From IMG/VR virus record IMGVR_UViG_3300026159_000398: a stretch of DNA of 64,000 nt. One strand, 5' to 3'. Under the pieces are notes generated by a model that did no database searches, had not been told where the DNA came from, and saw only the letters and a list, made by a program, of their open reading frames with translations. A program made the position numbers and the translations under genes. How positions within the stretch are numbered: the stretch's first letter is position 1; each line of letters opens with the position of its first letter. This document shows positions 39,350 through 48,380 of this stretch, in pieces. This DNA comes from a virus. Lineage: Duplodnaviria; Caudoviricetes.

Positions 39350-39687
39350 GACATATTGTCCATTAGGATGATGGTTTTGCCTTGATCTTTTGCTTGTTGA
39401 ATAGCTTCGGTCATTGAGAAACTTTCATTTGGTTTTCCATAATACATTGCGTCTTTATTGTCATGAAGCCAACGTTGCATCAAGAGACTTTTGCGAGTGT
39501 ATTCATCAGAACCAATTTTAGTAGCTGATTTTACAGCAATGTCCACGTCTTTGACGTACTTTGTAGTCTCAATAAACTTATTGAAGTCCCACATGCCAAC
39601 AATTTTGATGCCATCACGCACAGTGTATGGAGGAAAATCAGGCTTCTTGGCTTTTGCAGCCTCAAAATAGTCATTAAAACGTGACAT
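39346..39687 (-). CDS. Putative internal head protein
   Basis: Starts MSRFNDYFEA. Confidence 0.65.
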   Translation of the reverse strand: MSRFNDYFEAAKAKKPDFPPYTVRDGIKIVGMWDFNKFIETTKYVKDVDIAVKSATKIGSDEYTRKSLLMQRWLHDNKDAMYYGKPNESFSMTEAIQQAKDQGKTIILMDNMS

Positions 39688-39845
39688 TATTTTTTTTCCT
39701 TATTTTCTTTGTTTTCACGAACGAGTTTGGACAGACTTGATTCTTCAACGAAAACTTTGTCACTCATACCAACGAGAACTTCGTTAGTCTTTTTGTCAAG
39801 GTCTTCTTTTTTATGTCCAAAGTATCTTACAGCATTCCACAACAT
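39687..39845 (-). CDS. Small hypothetical protein (52 aa, below track cutoff)
   Basis: SD AAGGAG; MLWNAVRYFGHKKEDL...; TAATG coupling. Confidence 0.6.
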   Translation of the reverse strand: MLWNAVRYFGHKKEDLDKKTNEVLVGMSDKVFVEESSLSKLVRENKENKEKK

Positions 39846-39857
39846 AGTCTTTACTCC

Positions 39858-40709
39858 TTAGATAATATCGTCTTCTTTTGCTGCCTTGACGAGGTCTTGC
39901 ATGCTTTTGAATATATTTAATTGTTTAGTTAATAGTTCTTGCTTTTTTTTCTTCTGCGCGCGATCGTATGCAATGATTCCAGCAAACGTGAGAGGCACCC
40001 AGTTCTTTTTGGCTTTGGCTTTTAGCAATCCACCAAAATCATTTATAACCACTTTAATGGTTCTGTCACCTGCCCAGGTAATTTCTTTTTTAAGTGACGT
40101 GACATTCTCAATACCAATTGCATTGCTCAATTGCTTTGAAAGTGCAGAACCTCTGCCCATCATTTCAGAAATAGTTTTTAAGACTTCCTTCTGAATATCA
40201 AATGAACGTTCATATATGAGAATGTATGGCAACGGTTTTTCAAAATAAATCTCTGCTGTTTCTCTAGTAATATTATTTCCTGAATGCTTGACATGAATGT
40301 AACCATTGCTGACATAACGATCAAGAATACTTTTCATTCTGAATCCAACTTCAGCATCAATCAAAAGGAATGGCAATTTATCAGATGACATTTTGCAGCG
40401 CACATCTATTATTTTCCATGAATACAAATCGTATGGAACTTCGAACCACCCTTTGGTATGAAAAATATTGAGGATGTCTTTTTTATCAGAATCAGTCAAA
40501 TTCGATTTGATGTAGGCTTTCATTTTCTGAAGCTGATAAAGTTGGTTGATGTTGAGTTCAGTGTACCACAAAAGTTCATTGAATTCTTTCACACAATGTT
40601 GTTCGATCTTTTTTGAGGTCGTCTGAACTTCCAAAAAAACGGGGTAGGTCACTATCCCGTTCTCAATTCGCTTCGTGGCCGATTTGATGTTGTATTGGTT
40701 TAGCTTCAC
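39858..40709 (-). CDS. Hypothetical protein
   Basis: 283-aa ORF in operon. Confidence 0.65.
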   Translation of the reverse strand: MKLNQYNIKSATKRIENGIVTYPVFLEVQTTSKKIEQHCVKEFNELLWYTELNINQLYQLQKMKAYIKSNLTDSDKKDILNIFHTKGWFEVPYDLYSWKIIDVRCKMSSDKLPFLLIDAEVGFRMKSILDRYVSNGYIHVKHSGNNITRETAEIYFEKPLPYILIYERSFDIQKEVLKTISEMMGRGSALSKQLSNAIGIENVTSLKKEITWAGDRTIKVVINDFGGLLKAKAKKNWVPLTFAGIIAYDRAQKKKKQELLTKQLNIFKSMQDLVKAAKEDDII

Positions 40710-41206
40710 AGCTCAAAGACCTCATAAACTCCTTGTGAATCATGAAGGACGTTGAAGTTCGTGCAGTAATGAACATCAATGTCCCAATCCTCAGTTACTT
40801 CGTCAATCCATTTACAAAAATGGCCATCCACGTCATAATTGTTAAAATTAAAACAATAGTGACATGTATGAGGAAGAGAACCGCTATTAAGCACATAAAG
40901 AACAAGCTCTTTGAGAGCTGCCACAATTTTTGCATATTGAGCATCCCTGATTATATCATCTGCAGTTGTTAATGAAGTTATATTTAAGGTGCCATTTCCG
41001 AGGGTCATGGCGTTTGTAATGACGTTGGTTATACTTGAGGTTGAAGCTCCGACGGTGATCACGAGACCATTGGAAGCTGTGTATGTGGTGCCGCCTGAGA
41101 TGTGAGTGAGCATGTCAGCCCAGAAAGGAGCATCGAACTCGAGCAATTGGAAGACAAGACCCTTAACAAAACGGGTAATTTTGAATTTCAAGTGTACAGT
41201 TAACAT
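40706..41206 (-). CDS. Hypothetical protein with C-terminal Cys cluster
   Basis: CHYC...C...C; SD GAGG. Confidence 0.65.
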   Translation of the reverse strand: MLTVHLKFKITRFVKGLVFQLLEFDAPFWADMLTHISGGTTYTASNGLVITVGASTSSITNVITNAMTLGNGTLNITSLTTADDIIRDAQYAKIVAALKELVLYVLNSGSLPHTCHYCFNFNNYDVDGHFCKWIDEVTEDWDIDVHYCTNFNVLHDSQGVYEVFEL

Positions 41207-41250
41207 AGTTGCCTCTTTAAATATATTACACGAATATTAAAAAGAAGGCA

Positions 41251-41808
41251 TTAAATAACCATTATGCCATTCAAAATCAATCCTTCCTCAGGATTGCTGG
41301 CGATAATATAACGCGAAAGATTCTTTAATTCGTTTTGATAAATAAGATTATTGTGTGCTGTGGTCGCGTCAAGTGGAGCATCAGGCGCCTCAACGATCGT
41401 CATGAGCATGCTCGTGTACGCGACAGTTGAATAATAATACCCTTCTGTTTTATTGTCAAAACAAAGAATTTCGGTTTCTTCTGGAATGATGTCAAAGAAG
41501 TCAATTGGTTGAACTTCATCTGTATCTTCGTCGGGTGAGATGAATCTGACTGGCTCCTCATCGAAGCTTTGATAGACTAGAGAAAGGCCATCTTCGGTGG
41601 TAATTATTTTGATGTCTTTTTCCTGAAGGATATGCATCTTGTCCTTCGGAATCATTCGAATACTCAAAGCATCAGTATAAAAATTTACTGCTGAAAAATT
41701 GAGATTGAATTTAGTTACACGGTTTCCTTTGCGACTTGTATTTAAAAAAGAAAACACTTCATAATTGTCGTCGGTTATTTTGACGCTGTCTTTAGTCCTG
41801 ATAAACAT
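41251..41808 (-). CDS. Hypothetical protein
   Basis: 185 aa; SD GAGG. Confidence 0.65.
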   Translation of the reverse strand: MFIRTKDSVKITDDNYEVFSFLNTSRKGNRVTKFNLNFSAVNFYTDALSIRMIPKDKMHILQEKDIKIITTEDGLSLVYQSFDEEPVRFISPDEDTDEVQPIDFFDIIPEETEILCFDNKTEGYYYSTVAYTSMLMTIVEAPDAPLDATTAHNNLIYQNELKNLSRYIIASNPEEGLILNGIMVI

Positions 41809-41821
41809 GATATCCTCGAGC

Positions 41822-42187
41822 TCATAATATAGAATCCTCTTTCATCAATTGTTGTAGTTGTTTTGTGAGCTCTGTGTTTATCTGTAATTCTCTTTTTGTT
41901 TGTCGTAATTCTCCTGCTTCAAATAAATCGTTTTTGAAGTCAGGGTCCAGCTTAAAAAAGAATTTATTAAAGGCTTTTGAATTAGCCAAATATTCTTTCG
42001 GTGCTATATATAAAGAAGCGTATGTTTCGCTGACAATTCCATTCCAACCGAAAAAAAGATAATTTTCAAAGGTTGGTTTGATATTTTTTTCTTGGCAGAA
42101 CCGCTTCATCTGACGGTCAAACTTCTGGATTTTCAAAATCCTTAGTTTATTACTCCAACCAAATGTAGGCGCAACGCTTGCATTCAT
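41822..42187 (-). CDS. Hypothetical protein
   Basis: 121-aa ORF at the head of the minus-strand unit. Confidence 0.6.
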   Translation of the reverse strand: MNASVAPTFGWSNKLRILKIQKFDRQMKRFCQEKNIKPTFENYLFFGWNGIVSETYASLYIAPKEYLANSKAFNKFFFKLDPDFKNDLFEAGELRQTKRELQINTELTKQLQQLMKEDSIL

Positions 42188-42398
42188 AGTTAATTATATA
42201 TAACTGCTGCTTTTATGTTTAGGAAAAAGCCGCCCTCTTAAGTATTTAGTATAATGGGCAACTCACCTTTACAGAGTTATTATAGTTTATTTTTGTTGGT
42301 TTCATTTAGGAAAAGTGCGAATTTTTTCTCACTTTTTTTCTAAATAAAATGGCTATGAAAATTATACAATTCTCTATATAAAGAAAGGAGTAAGAACT

Positions 42399-43454
42399 TT
42401 GAAAATTGGCATGATAGCCGACCTCCACATGAATCTTTTCAGGAGGTTTAACCCGTTTTTCGTTCATGTTGAAGCCGCAGTTGATGAGTTTGTTCGCCTT
42501 TGTAAAGAGAAGGAAGTTCAAACGATAGTAATTCCAGGTGATTTTTTCCATACGAAATATCAGCTTTCTACTGAAGCTCTCATCAAAGCAAATAAAATTC
42601 TTCAGAAACTTTTAGACGCCGCTTGGGACCCTCATGTAAAGGTCATTATTATTCGTGGCAATCATGATTCTGCTTCATCAGCCGAACTTGATGTCAACTT
42701 GTGTGAGAATTATCGAAAAGTTCCAGGTGTCATAGTCGTCAATGATTATCAGCGAATTCCAATGGAAGATTGTTTTTTACATTGTATCGCATATTTCGAA
42801 GGTGATGAACTGAAGCAAAAGGTTTTTGACTGTAATTCTGGAAAACCAGCCAGTGATTGGAATAAAAAGAATATTTTGTTCGGCCATTTTGCTGTCGCTG
42901 GTTTTAAGATGAATCAGGATTATGAAGACAAACATGGACTGGACCAAGTTAATTTGCTTGATGCGTTCACAAAAGTCTTTTTGGGACACTTCCACGGCTA
43001 TCAAAATAGAGGGAATACGTATTACATTTCAGCGCCGTTGCAATCAAAACACGGTGATGAGACGTCACAACACGGCTTTTTGTTCTACGACACCTCCAGT
43101 GACATTGTGGAATTTGTTGAAAATAAACTATCACCTTCTTTTATAACATTGCCTCTGGTCAAACAGAGTGTCAAAGACGCTTTAACACTGAAGAACCATT
43201 ATATTCGATTTATTGTCAGCAAGCATGTTTCTCGTGACTTACTCACATCAGTTCGTCAGAAACTGCTCGTTAACAATTATGACGTCGAATATAAGTTCAA
43301 CATAAAGGACGATGTCCTTCAGTTCACATCGATGGAAGGCTTCATAGATTTGAAGCACTATTCGATTGATGAACTCTTCACAGTATACCTACAAGACATA
43401 CAACTACCTACAGATACGACAATTCAAGAATTGCTCAATGCAATTTTGTCGTAG
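42399..43454 (+). CDS. Recombination endonuclease, metallophosphoesterase subunit (T4 gp47 / SbcD / Mre11-like)
   Basis: DLH, GDFFH, GNHD, FGH and LGHFH motifs. Confidence 0.9.
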   Translation: MKIGMIADLHMNLFRRFNPFFVHVEAAVDEFVRLCKEKEVQTIVIPGDFFHTKYQLSTEALIKANKILQKLLDAAWDPHVKVIIIRGNHDSASSAELDVNLCENYRKVPGVIVVNDYQRIPMEDCFLHCIAYFEGDELKQKVFDCNSGKPASDWNKKNILFGHFAVAGFKMNQDYEDKHGLDQVNLLDAFTKVFLGHFHGYQNRGNTYYISAPLQSKHGDETSQHGFLFYDTSSDIVEFVENKLSPSFITLPLVKQSVKDALTLKNHYIRFIVSKHVSRDLLTSVRQKLLVNNYDVEYKFNIKDDVLQFTSMEGFIDLKHYSIDELFTVYLQDIQLPTDTTIQELLNAILS

Positions 43455-43513
43455 TTTATATTTACAAAAATAACAACAATTATTTCAGAGGTCAATAAAT
43501 ATAATTATATACA

Positions 43514-43600
43514 GGAAGGACAGAGGGTAGCTCCCTTGACTCAGTACCCGAATTACTGAGTCTTACTTCCGATCTTATAATTATATTCGGGATAATTATC
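43514..43600 (+). ncRNA. Structured leader RNA, copy 3
   Basis: P1 GGAAG/CTTCC; P2 AGGG-TAGCT-CCCT; P3 GACTCAGTA-CCCGAAT-TACTGAGTC; P4 ATAATTAT-ATTCGGG-ATAATTAT; AAATATAATT at 43497-43506 upstream. Confidence 0.85.
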
Positions 43601-44134
43601 ATGTCATACGGCTACATTTATCTCATTAGAGACCATTTCACAAATAAAGTTTATGTTGGGCAAAAGAAAGGAGCACCAGAAAGTACTCAAAATTATTTTG
43701 GTTCTGGTCGTATTATTACAAATATTATTGCTCAAAGAAAACATTTATTAGAAAAAATTATTCTTGGTTATTGTGAATCGATGGATGAACTTAATAATGC
43801 TGAAAAATTATGTATTGAGTTTTTTCAAAGCAATAACAGAATTTATGGTTATAATTTAACAAATGGTGGTGAAGGATTTTCTGGATATCATTTTTCAGAT
43901 GAACATAAAAAACATTTGAGAAAAAATAAAAAGATGCCTCCACGATCAATTGAACATCAACGTAAATTAAATGAATCACATACAGGTAAAAAACGAGGAC
44001 CATTATCTGAAGAACATAAGCAAAAATTACGTGATGCTAAAATCAATTATGTTCCATGGAATAATGGAAAACATCTTTCAGAAGAACATAAAAGAAAAAT
44101 TAGTGAGTCAAATAAAAGGAGTAAAAATAAATGA
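43601..44134 (+). CDS. GIY-YIG homing endonuclease with NUMOD3-like repeats, between gp47 and gp46
   Basis: YGYIY...KVYVGQ...YFGSG...YGYNLTNGGEG; SEEHKQKL/SEEHKRKIS. Confidence 0.9.
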   Translation: MSYGYIYLIRDHFTNKVYVGQKKGAPESTQNYFGSGRIITNIIAQRKHLLEKIILGYCESMDELNNAEKLCIEFFQSNNRIYGYNLTNGGEGFSGYHFSDEHKKHLRKNKKMPPRSIEHQRKLNESHTGKKRGPLSEEHKQKLRDAKINYVPWNNGKHLSEEHKRKISESNKRSKNK

Positions 44135-46053
44135 TCATTCCTCTTCATGTGGAGTTCGAGAACTTTCTTTCGTTCCAGAAATTTCAGAAATTCGATTTTC
44201 AACCACAAGGAATTCACTATATTTATGGTATCAATCACGATGCCGATATAGACCATAATGATTTTACAGCCGATTCGTACAACGTTGGTGTAGGAAAATC
44301 TTCACTGGCGTTGGCACTGCAATACGCTTTTTATGGTGATATCCAGCGAAAAGTCAACAAAGACCAGATAATCAACAAATCTTCCAAAAAGAATTTATAT
44401 GTTGGATTGGAATTTGAAGTCACATCCACTGGTGTCAAATATCAAATAAAGCGCTACAGACGCCATGATGAATTTAAGAATCGATTATTCTTATTTGTTT
44501 GGAATGGAAAGAAATGGGATGACATCTCAGGTGTTGATCTTACTCAAACACAAGAATTCATTGACAAGATTATCATACTGGATATCCGAACTTTTGAGAA
44601 GACTTCATTAATGACTCGCGAAGACAAATTCCAGTTTCTTGAGCTTCCAACTCTGAATCGTGGCCAGATATTCGAGAACATCAGTCAAATAAATAAGTTC
44701 AAAGATTATTGGATTAAAGCCAAAGGACGACTGAAGACGTATGAAGATGCTTTGGTTGACATCAATAACAATATTCTCACAGAGACGACAATCATCAGGC
44801 GTGACAAGCAGTATATTGAAGAGATGAAAGAGAAAGATGAAGAGCGTCGTGATGAACTTCAAAATGAAATTGACGATCTTCAACTGGAATTGGATGAGAT
44901 TATTTCAATTGACATGTCTTTTGACGAAATAATCAGCAATATTGATTCATTTAAAAAGGTATTAAAGGCTCGTGATGAACTTGATGAGAAAATTTCCGCA
45001 TCTGAAGAATACAGAAAAATGTACGAACGAGAGATTAAATCACTCTCGCAAGACGTACAAGATCTTGAAAAAGAATTTGAAGGATGCAAAAATAAAGTTG
45101 ATAACTTTAAACCCAAGAAATGCCATAATTGTGGTGCGGTTCAAGAACAAGCACAATATGAAAAAGAGTACAACGAACTTGTCAACAGACGCGAATCTGT
45201 TTCAAATAAATTGGACTCAAAACGCAAGCTTCTTCAAAACACGCAAGACCGTATGTCTAAAGCCAATGAAATGTATGACCAACTTTATGCTGAAAGAACG
45301 AATAAAACTCATGAATTGGATAAAAGCATTCTTCCTGAATTCATAAAAGTCGCCATCATGGGCGATGATAACGACACAATTACAAATATTAAGACATTAA
45401 ACACAACAATTCAAACTAAAAAATCTGTATTAGCATCAATTGATAGTAAAGATGCGATCAACAAACTTCAAAAGGAAATTAAAGACCATCTGTATATTTT
45501 GAAAGATTGGAATGACAAGAAAAAAGACAATTTGAAGCAGCAATCGATTTACCAATTCTGGCTCAATGTGCTCGACTTCAAATCAGAAAATTCCTTAAAA
45601 CAATTCGTCATCACACAGATCATTCCGTTGTTTAACAATTTCGTGCAGCAAATGATTGATGTAGTTTATAAAGGCAATTTGATTATTTCATTTGATAATT
45701 TCTTTAATGAGACAATCTATTATCAAGGCGAAGAGTGGAAGTATGATGAACTCAGCACAGGCGAAAAGATGAAGTTGAATTTCTGCATCAACCTCGCCAT
45801 CTTCGACCTGACTCGCGTGAATCTTGATAGTTGCAGTGTAATTTTTATGGATGAAATTTTCACGAACGTTGACACACCAACAGTTATTGAATTTTTAGAC
45901 ATCATTCGTGAACGTTATGCTCAAGCGAATGGAATCTACATCATCAGCCATGAGCAGAAAGTCAAAGACAATTTAAAACCGAATTCTACTATTCTCATTG
46001 AGAAGAGAGACAGGGTTTCTGAAATTACTGAAATAAATACATTCAAGGAGTGA
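44131..46053 (+). CDS. Recombination ATPase subunit (T4 gp46 / SbcC / Rad50-like)
   Basis: FENFLSF, NVGVGKSS, coiled coil with CHNCG hook, LSTGEK signature, MDE, IISH. Confidence 0.92.
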   Translation: MIIPLHVEFENFLSFQKFQKFDFQPQGIHYIYGINHDADIDHNDFTADSYNVGVGKSSLALALQYAFYGDIQRKVNKDQIINKSSKKNLYVGLEFEVTSTGVKYQIKRYRRHDEFKNRLFLFVWNGKKWDDISGVDLTQTQEFIDKIIILDIRTFEKTSLMTREDKFQFLELPTLNRGQIFENISQINKFKDYWIKAKGRLKTYEDALVDINNNILTETTIIRRDKQYIEEMKEKDEERRDELQNEIDDLQLELDEIISIDMSFDEIISNIDSFKKVLKARDELDEKISASEEYRKMYEREIKSLSQDVQDLEKEFEGCKNKVDNFKPKKCHNCGAVQEQAQYEKEYNELVNRRESVSNKLDSKRKLLQNTQDRMSKANEMYDQLYAERTNKTHELDKSILPEFIKVAIMGDDNDTITNIKTLNTTIQTKKSVLASIDSKDAINKLQKEIKDHLYILKDWNDKKKDNLKQQSIYQFWLNVLDFKSENSLKQFVITQIIPLFNNFVQQMIDVVYKGNLIISFDNFFNETIYYQGEEWKYDELSTGEKMKLNFCINLAIFDLTRVNLDSCSVIFMDEIFTNVDTPTVIEFLDIIRERYAQANGIYIISHEQKVKDNLKPNSTILIEKRDRVSEITEINTFKE

Positions 46054-46056
46054 GTA

Positions 46057-46383
46057 ATGAAATTAAAAAAGAAAGCAAAGAAAGAACCAACAAAACAAGA
46101 ACTGATGGAAAGACTCTTTCTTGGCAAGAAAGTCATCAACGTCAAAGAAGATTTGAATTGGAGTACCATAAATCTTGAGTTAAATGACGGAACTCTGGTC
46201 ACAATCAAAGGCAGTTCACTCTCAATTTATTGGGGCGTAGCTGAAGATCGCATCGAAGATCTTAAAACAAGAATTGAACATGGCGAACAAGATGTCAACG
46301 AAAAGAAAACCGAAGTTGCAAGAATAGAAGCCATAGTAGGAGAATACAATGCCACGCAACATAGCACCAAAAAGAAAGCATAA
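46057..46383 (+). CDS. Hypothetical protein
   Basis: SD AAGGAG; follows gp46. Confidence 0.6.
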   Translation: MKLKKKAKKEPTKQELMERLFLGKKVINVKEDLNWSTINLELNDGTLVTIKGSSLSIYWGVAEDRIEDLKTRIEHGEQDVNEKKTEVARIEAIVGEYNATQHSTKKKA

Positions 46384-46741
46384 TGTCTATAATGGCCTTG
46401 ATGCGCGCGTCAAGAAAATTCGCGAAGCTGAAAAGGATTATGCAGAAAAAATTCTTGATGAGATGAGAGAAGCAGGTCGGCCAAAGAAAGGTCAGAGGTA
46501 TATTGAGCTTGAATCGATCATGAAGTTGCCTGTTGGCACGACTGAAAAAGAAATTCTTGGCAAGGTTGTCGTCAATGATGATCATACACCTAATGGTATA
46601 ATTTCATCTGCAAAAAAAGATGGAAGAGCCAAGAAAGGATTCCAGATGTGGCGTGTGACGTCGCAAATTACTGATGAGAAATTCATCAAAGCATTTTCAC
46701 AAATACCAGCATTCAAGAAGAAAATAAAGGTGATGAAGTGA
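46349..46741 (+). CDS. Hypothetical basic protein
   Basis: SD AGGAG; 130 aa. Confidence 0.6.
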   Translation: MPRNIAPKRKHNVYNGLDARVKKIREAEKDYAEKILDEMREAGRPKKGQRYIELESIMKLPVGTTEKEILGKVVVNDDHTPNGIISSAKKDGRAKKGFQMWRVTSQITDEKFIKAFSQIPAFKKKIKVMK

Positions 46742-46755
46742 GAGAATAAAAGGAT

Positions 46756-46774
46756 GGCCCCGTGTTAGGGGGCC
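46756..46774. terminator. Possible terminator hairpin between convergent genes
   Basis: GGCCCC-GTGTTAG-GGGGCC; poor U-tail. Confidence 0.4.
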
Positions 46775-46803
46775 TAGAGTTATAGGAGTAAAAACAATGA
46801 GAA

Positions 46804-47583
46804 CTAGCAGGGCAGCAGGTACCCTTCCTTGATATAGTAGCGGAGGTTTTCGATGGACATGTAAGTGTCAGACCACTTGTCCCAATCTATGTTCATATTG
46901 CGTTCCTTCCGATATTCATGCTTGTAGCCGTTAATTACATGCAGATTCTTCCGGCCCATCTTGGTGATCTTGAGACCGGTGTCCTTATTGGCATAGAACC
47001 GGCGGCCTTGGCTGAAACGCTTGAGAACCAGGAATTCAGCACCTTCAAAGATAGCAGCGTCGGCGGCATCCACCTTTTTGGCTTCTTCGGCATCCTTGAG
47101 TGCCCTCTTCAGATCGCTCTCAGTATGAAGAGCTTCTTCCCAACCTAGGTCGTGCTTGTACTGACGAAGGGTCACTATGCGATTCATGATCATATTAACA
47201 ATCAGACCACCATCCTTCATGTCGTTGGCGAGAACGCCGAGCAGTTTGAGATACTCGAGGATTTCGCGGTCTGCGGCCGTGCAGTCAGAAGAGGACCAGC
47301 TTAGCTTGGGTACTATAGTAGGAACTTCATCCCTTGTGTAAGTCGTCCGCTTTTCGTACGTATAGATGTCGATGTCGTAAGTCCAGCTAGAATCAGGCTT
47401 GGGCATCATGAAACGAGTCCGTTCAACTTCCCAGACAACTTGACAATCTTCAAAGCCCATGGCTTTTATAGTGGCAGTCAGATCGGCGGTGGCATCTGCG
47501 TAAAACTTCTTCAGCAACGCCCGCTTTTCTTCAACGATGGCATTTTGCTTTTCAAGTAAATTTTGTATCGTGGCTATTTCCAT
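46804..47583 (-). CDS. Hypothetical early protein with elevated GC
   Basis: 259 aa; SD AAGGAG; downstream of an early-type promoter. Confidence 0.7.
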   Translation of the reverse strand: MEIATIQNLLEKQNAIVEEKRALLKKFYADATADLTATIKAMGFEDCQVVWEVERTRFMMPKPDSSWTYDIDIYTYEKRTTYTRDEVPTIVPKLSWSSSDCTAADREILEYLKLLGVLANDMKDGGLIVNMIMNRIVTLRQYKHDLGWEEALHTESDLKRALKDAEEAKKVDAADAAIFEGAEFLVLKRFSQGRRFYANKDTGLKITKMGRKNLHVINGYKHEYRKERNMNIDWDKWSDTYMSIENLRYYIKEGYLLPC

Positions 47584-47611
47584 TGTTTAACTCCTTTTTA
47601 TTTTTGGTTAC

Positions 47612-47656
47612 AATAATATCATAACATTAAAAAAGGTTTTTGTAAATACTTTTATT
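47612..47656 (-). promoter_or_regulatory. Sigma70-type early promoter (repeat copy A)
   Basis: TTTACA-17 bp-TATGAT with extended -10 TG; 43/45 identical to 48235-48279. Confidence 0.8.
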
Positions 47657-47870
47657 CGTATACTCTTTTCAATTCGATAAATCCGTTCCAACCCAACCCA
47701 TTCAGCTTCCCGCTATTATACTTTGCATGATACTTTTTGCCATTGTCTGCGGTAACATCAGCTTGGCCGCCATTGGTCATCCAAATGTTTTTTAACGTTT
47801 GGTATTCAAGGCTGAAATACTTATTAATTTCTCTCAAGGTATAAAGTCTTCTAGGTACTTTCGAATCCAT
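47652..47870 (-). CDS. Small hypothetical early protein
   Basis: SD GGAG; 72 aa. Confidence 0.6.
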   Translation of the reverse strand: MDSKVPRRLYTLREINKYFSLEYQTLKNIWMTNGGQADVTADNGKKYHAKYNSGKLNGLGWNGFIELKRVYE

Positions 47871-47873
47871 GAT

Positions 47874-48050
47874 TTACTCCATATCCATGATGAAATACTT
47901 GAGAGCTTCGAATTGAGCGTTGATCGCTTCGTCCTTCGTGACATTGTACGCAGCCATGAAGTCCTTGTCGTCGTGAGTCTTGGCATATTCAACTATCAAC
48001 TGAAGATTCGCAACTCTATCGAGTAAAAAGTTCTTGCTTTTCTTGGTCAT
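47874..48050 (-). CDS. Small hypothetical early protein (58 aa)
   Basis: SD AAGGAG; MTKKSKNFLLDRVANLQ... Confidence 0.6.
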   Translation of the reverse strand: MTKKSKNFLLDRVANLQLIVEYAKTHDDKDFMAAYNVTKDEAINAQFEALKYFIMDME

Positions 48051-48060
48051 TGTTGGCTCC

Positions 48061-48207
48061 TTATATCATCACGAAATAGTTGAAGCCGTGTTCTTGATAA
48101 TAGGCTTTGAGGCGGCCAAAAAAACGAGCAGTTATATAAGCCTTACCATTTTCAGCGTAAGCTATCACTTGGCCGTTCCGAGTTTTTCTTACTTTTAAGT
48201 TATTCAT
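48061..48207 (-). CDS. Small hypothetical early protein (48 aa)
   Basis: SD TAAGGAG; MNNLKVRKTRNGQVIAY... Confidence 0.55.
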   Translation of the reverse strand: MNNLKVRKTRNGQVIAYAENGKAYITARFFGRLKAYYQEHGFNYFVMI

Positions 48208-48234
48208 TGCTCACTCCTTATTAACTTTGTTTGT

Positions 48235-48279
48235 AATAATATCATAACATTAAAAGTGGTTTTTGTAAATACTTTTATT
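48235..48279 (-). promoter_or_regulatory. Sigma70-type early promoter (repeat copy B)
   Basis: TTTACA-17 bp-TATGAT with extended -10 TG. Confidence 0.8.
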
Positions 48280-48380
48280 ATTGAAAAATTGTAAATTTTT
48301 TTTCCTTAAAATAAATATAATTATATAGCCGCACCGCATAGGGCGGCATAACACATCAAACACTCATTGGAGGTTTTATT

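Noticed and set aside
26843-39687. CRISPR array or integron att sites behind the recurring ~25-bp strings
   Set aside because: The strings are the 5' ends of coding sequences, vary in sequence, are irregularly spaced and are not palindromic.
42188-42398. Replication origin in the AT-rich divergent gap
   Set aside because: Only two short TTTAGGAAAA repeats; adequately explained as a divergent promoter region.
43459-43490. Fourth early promoter (TATTTACAAAAATAACA)
   Set aside because: A -35-like hexamer is present but there is no -10 at 17-bp spacing.
43455-44134. Endonucleases as group I intron ORFs
   Set aside because: Flanking genes are complete with their own starts and stops, and the spacers are too short for an intron core.
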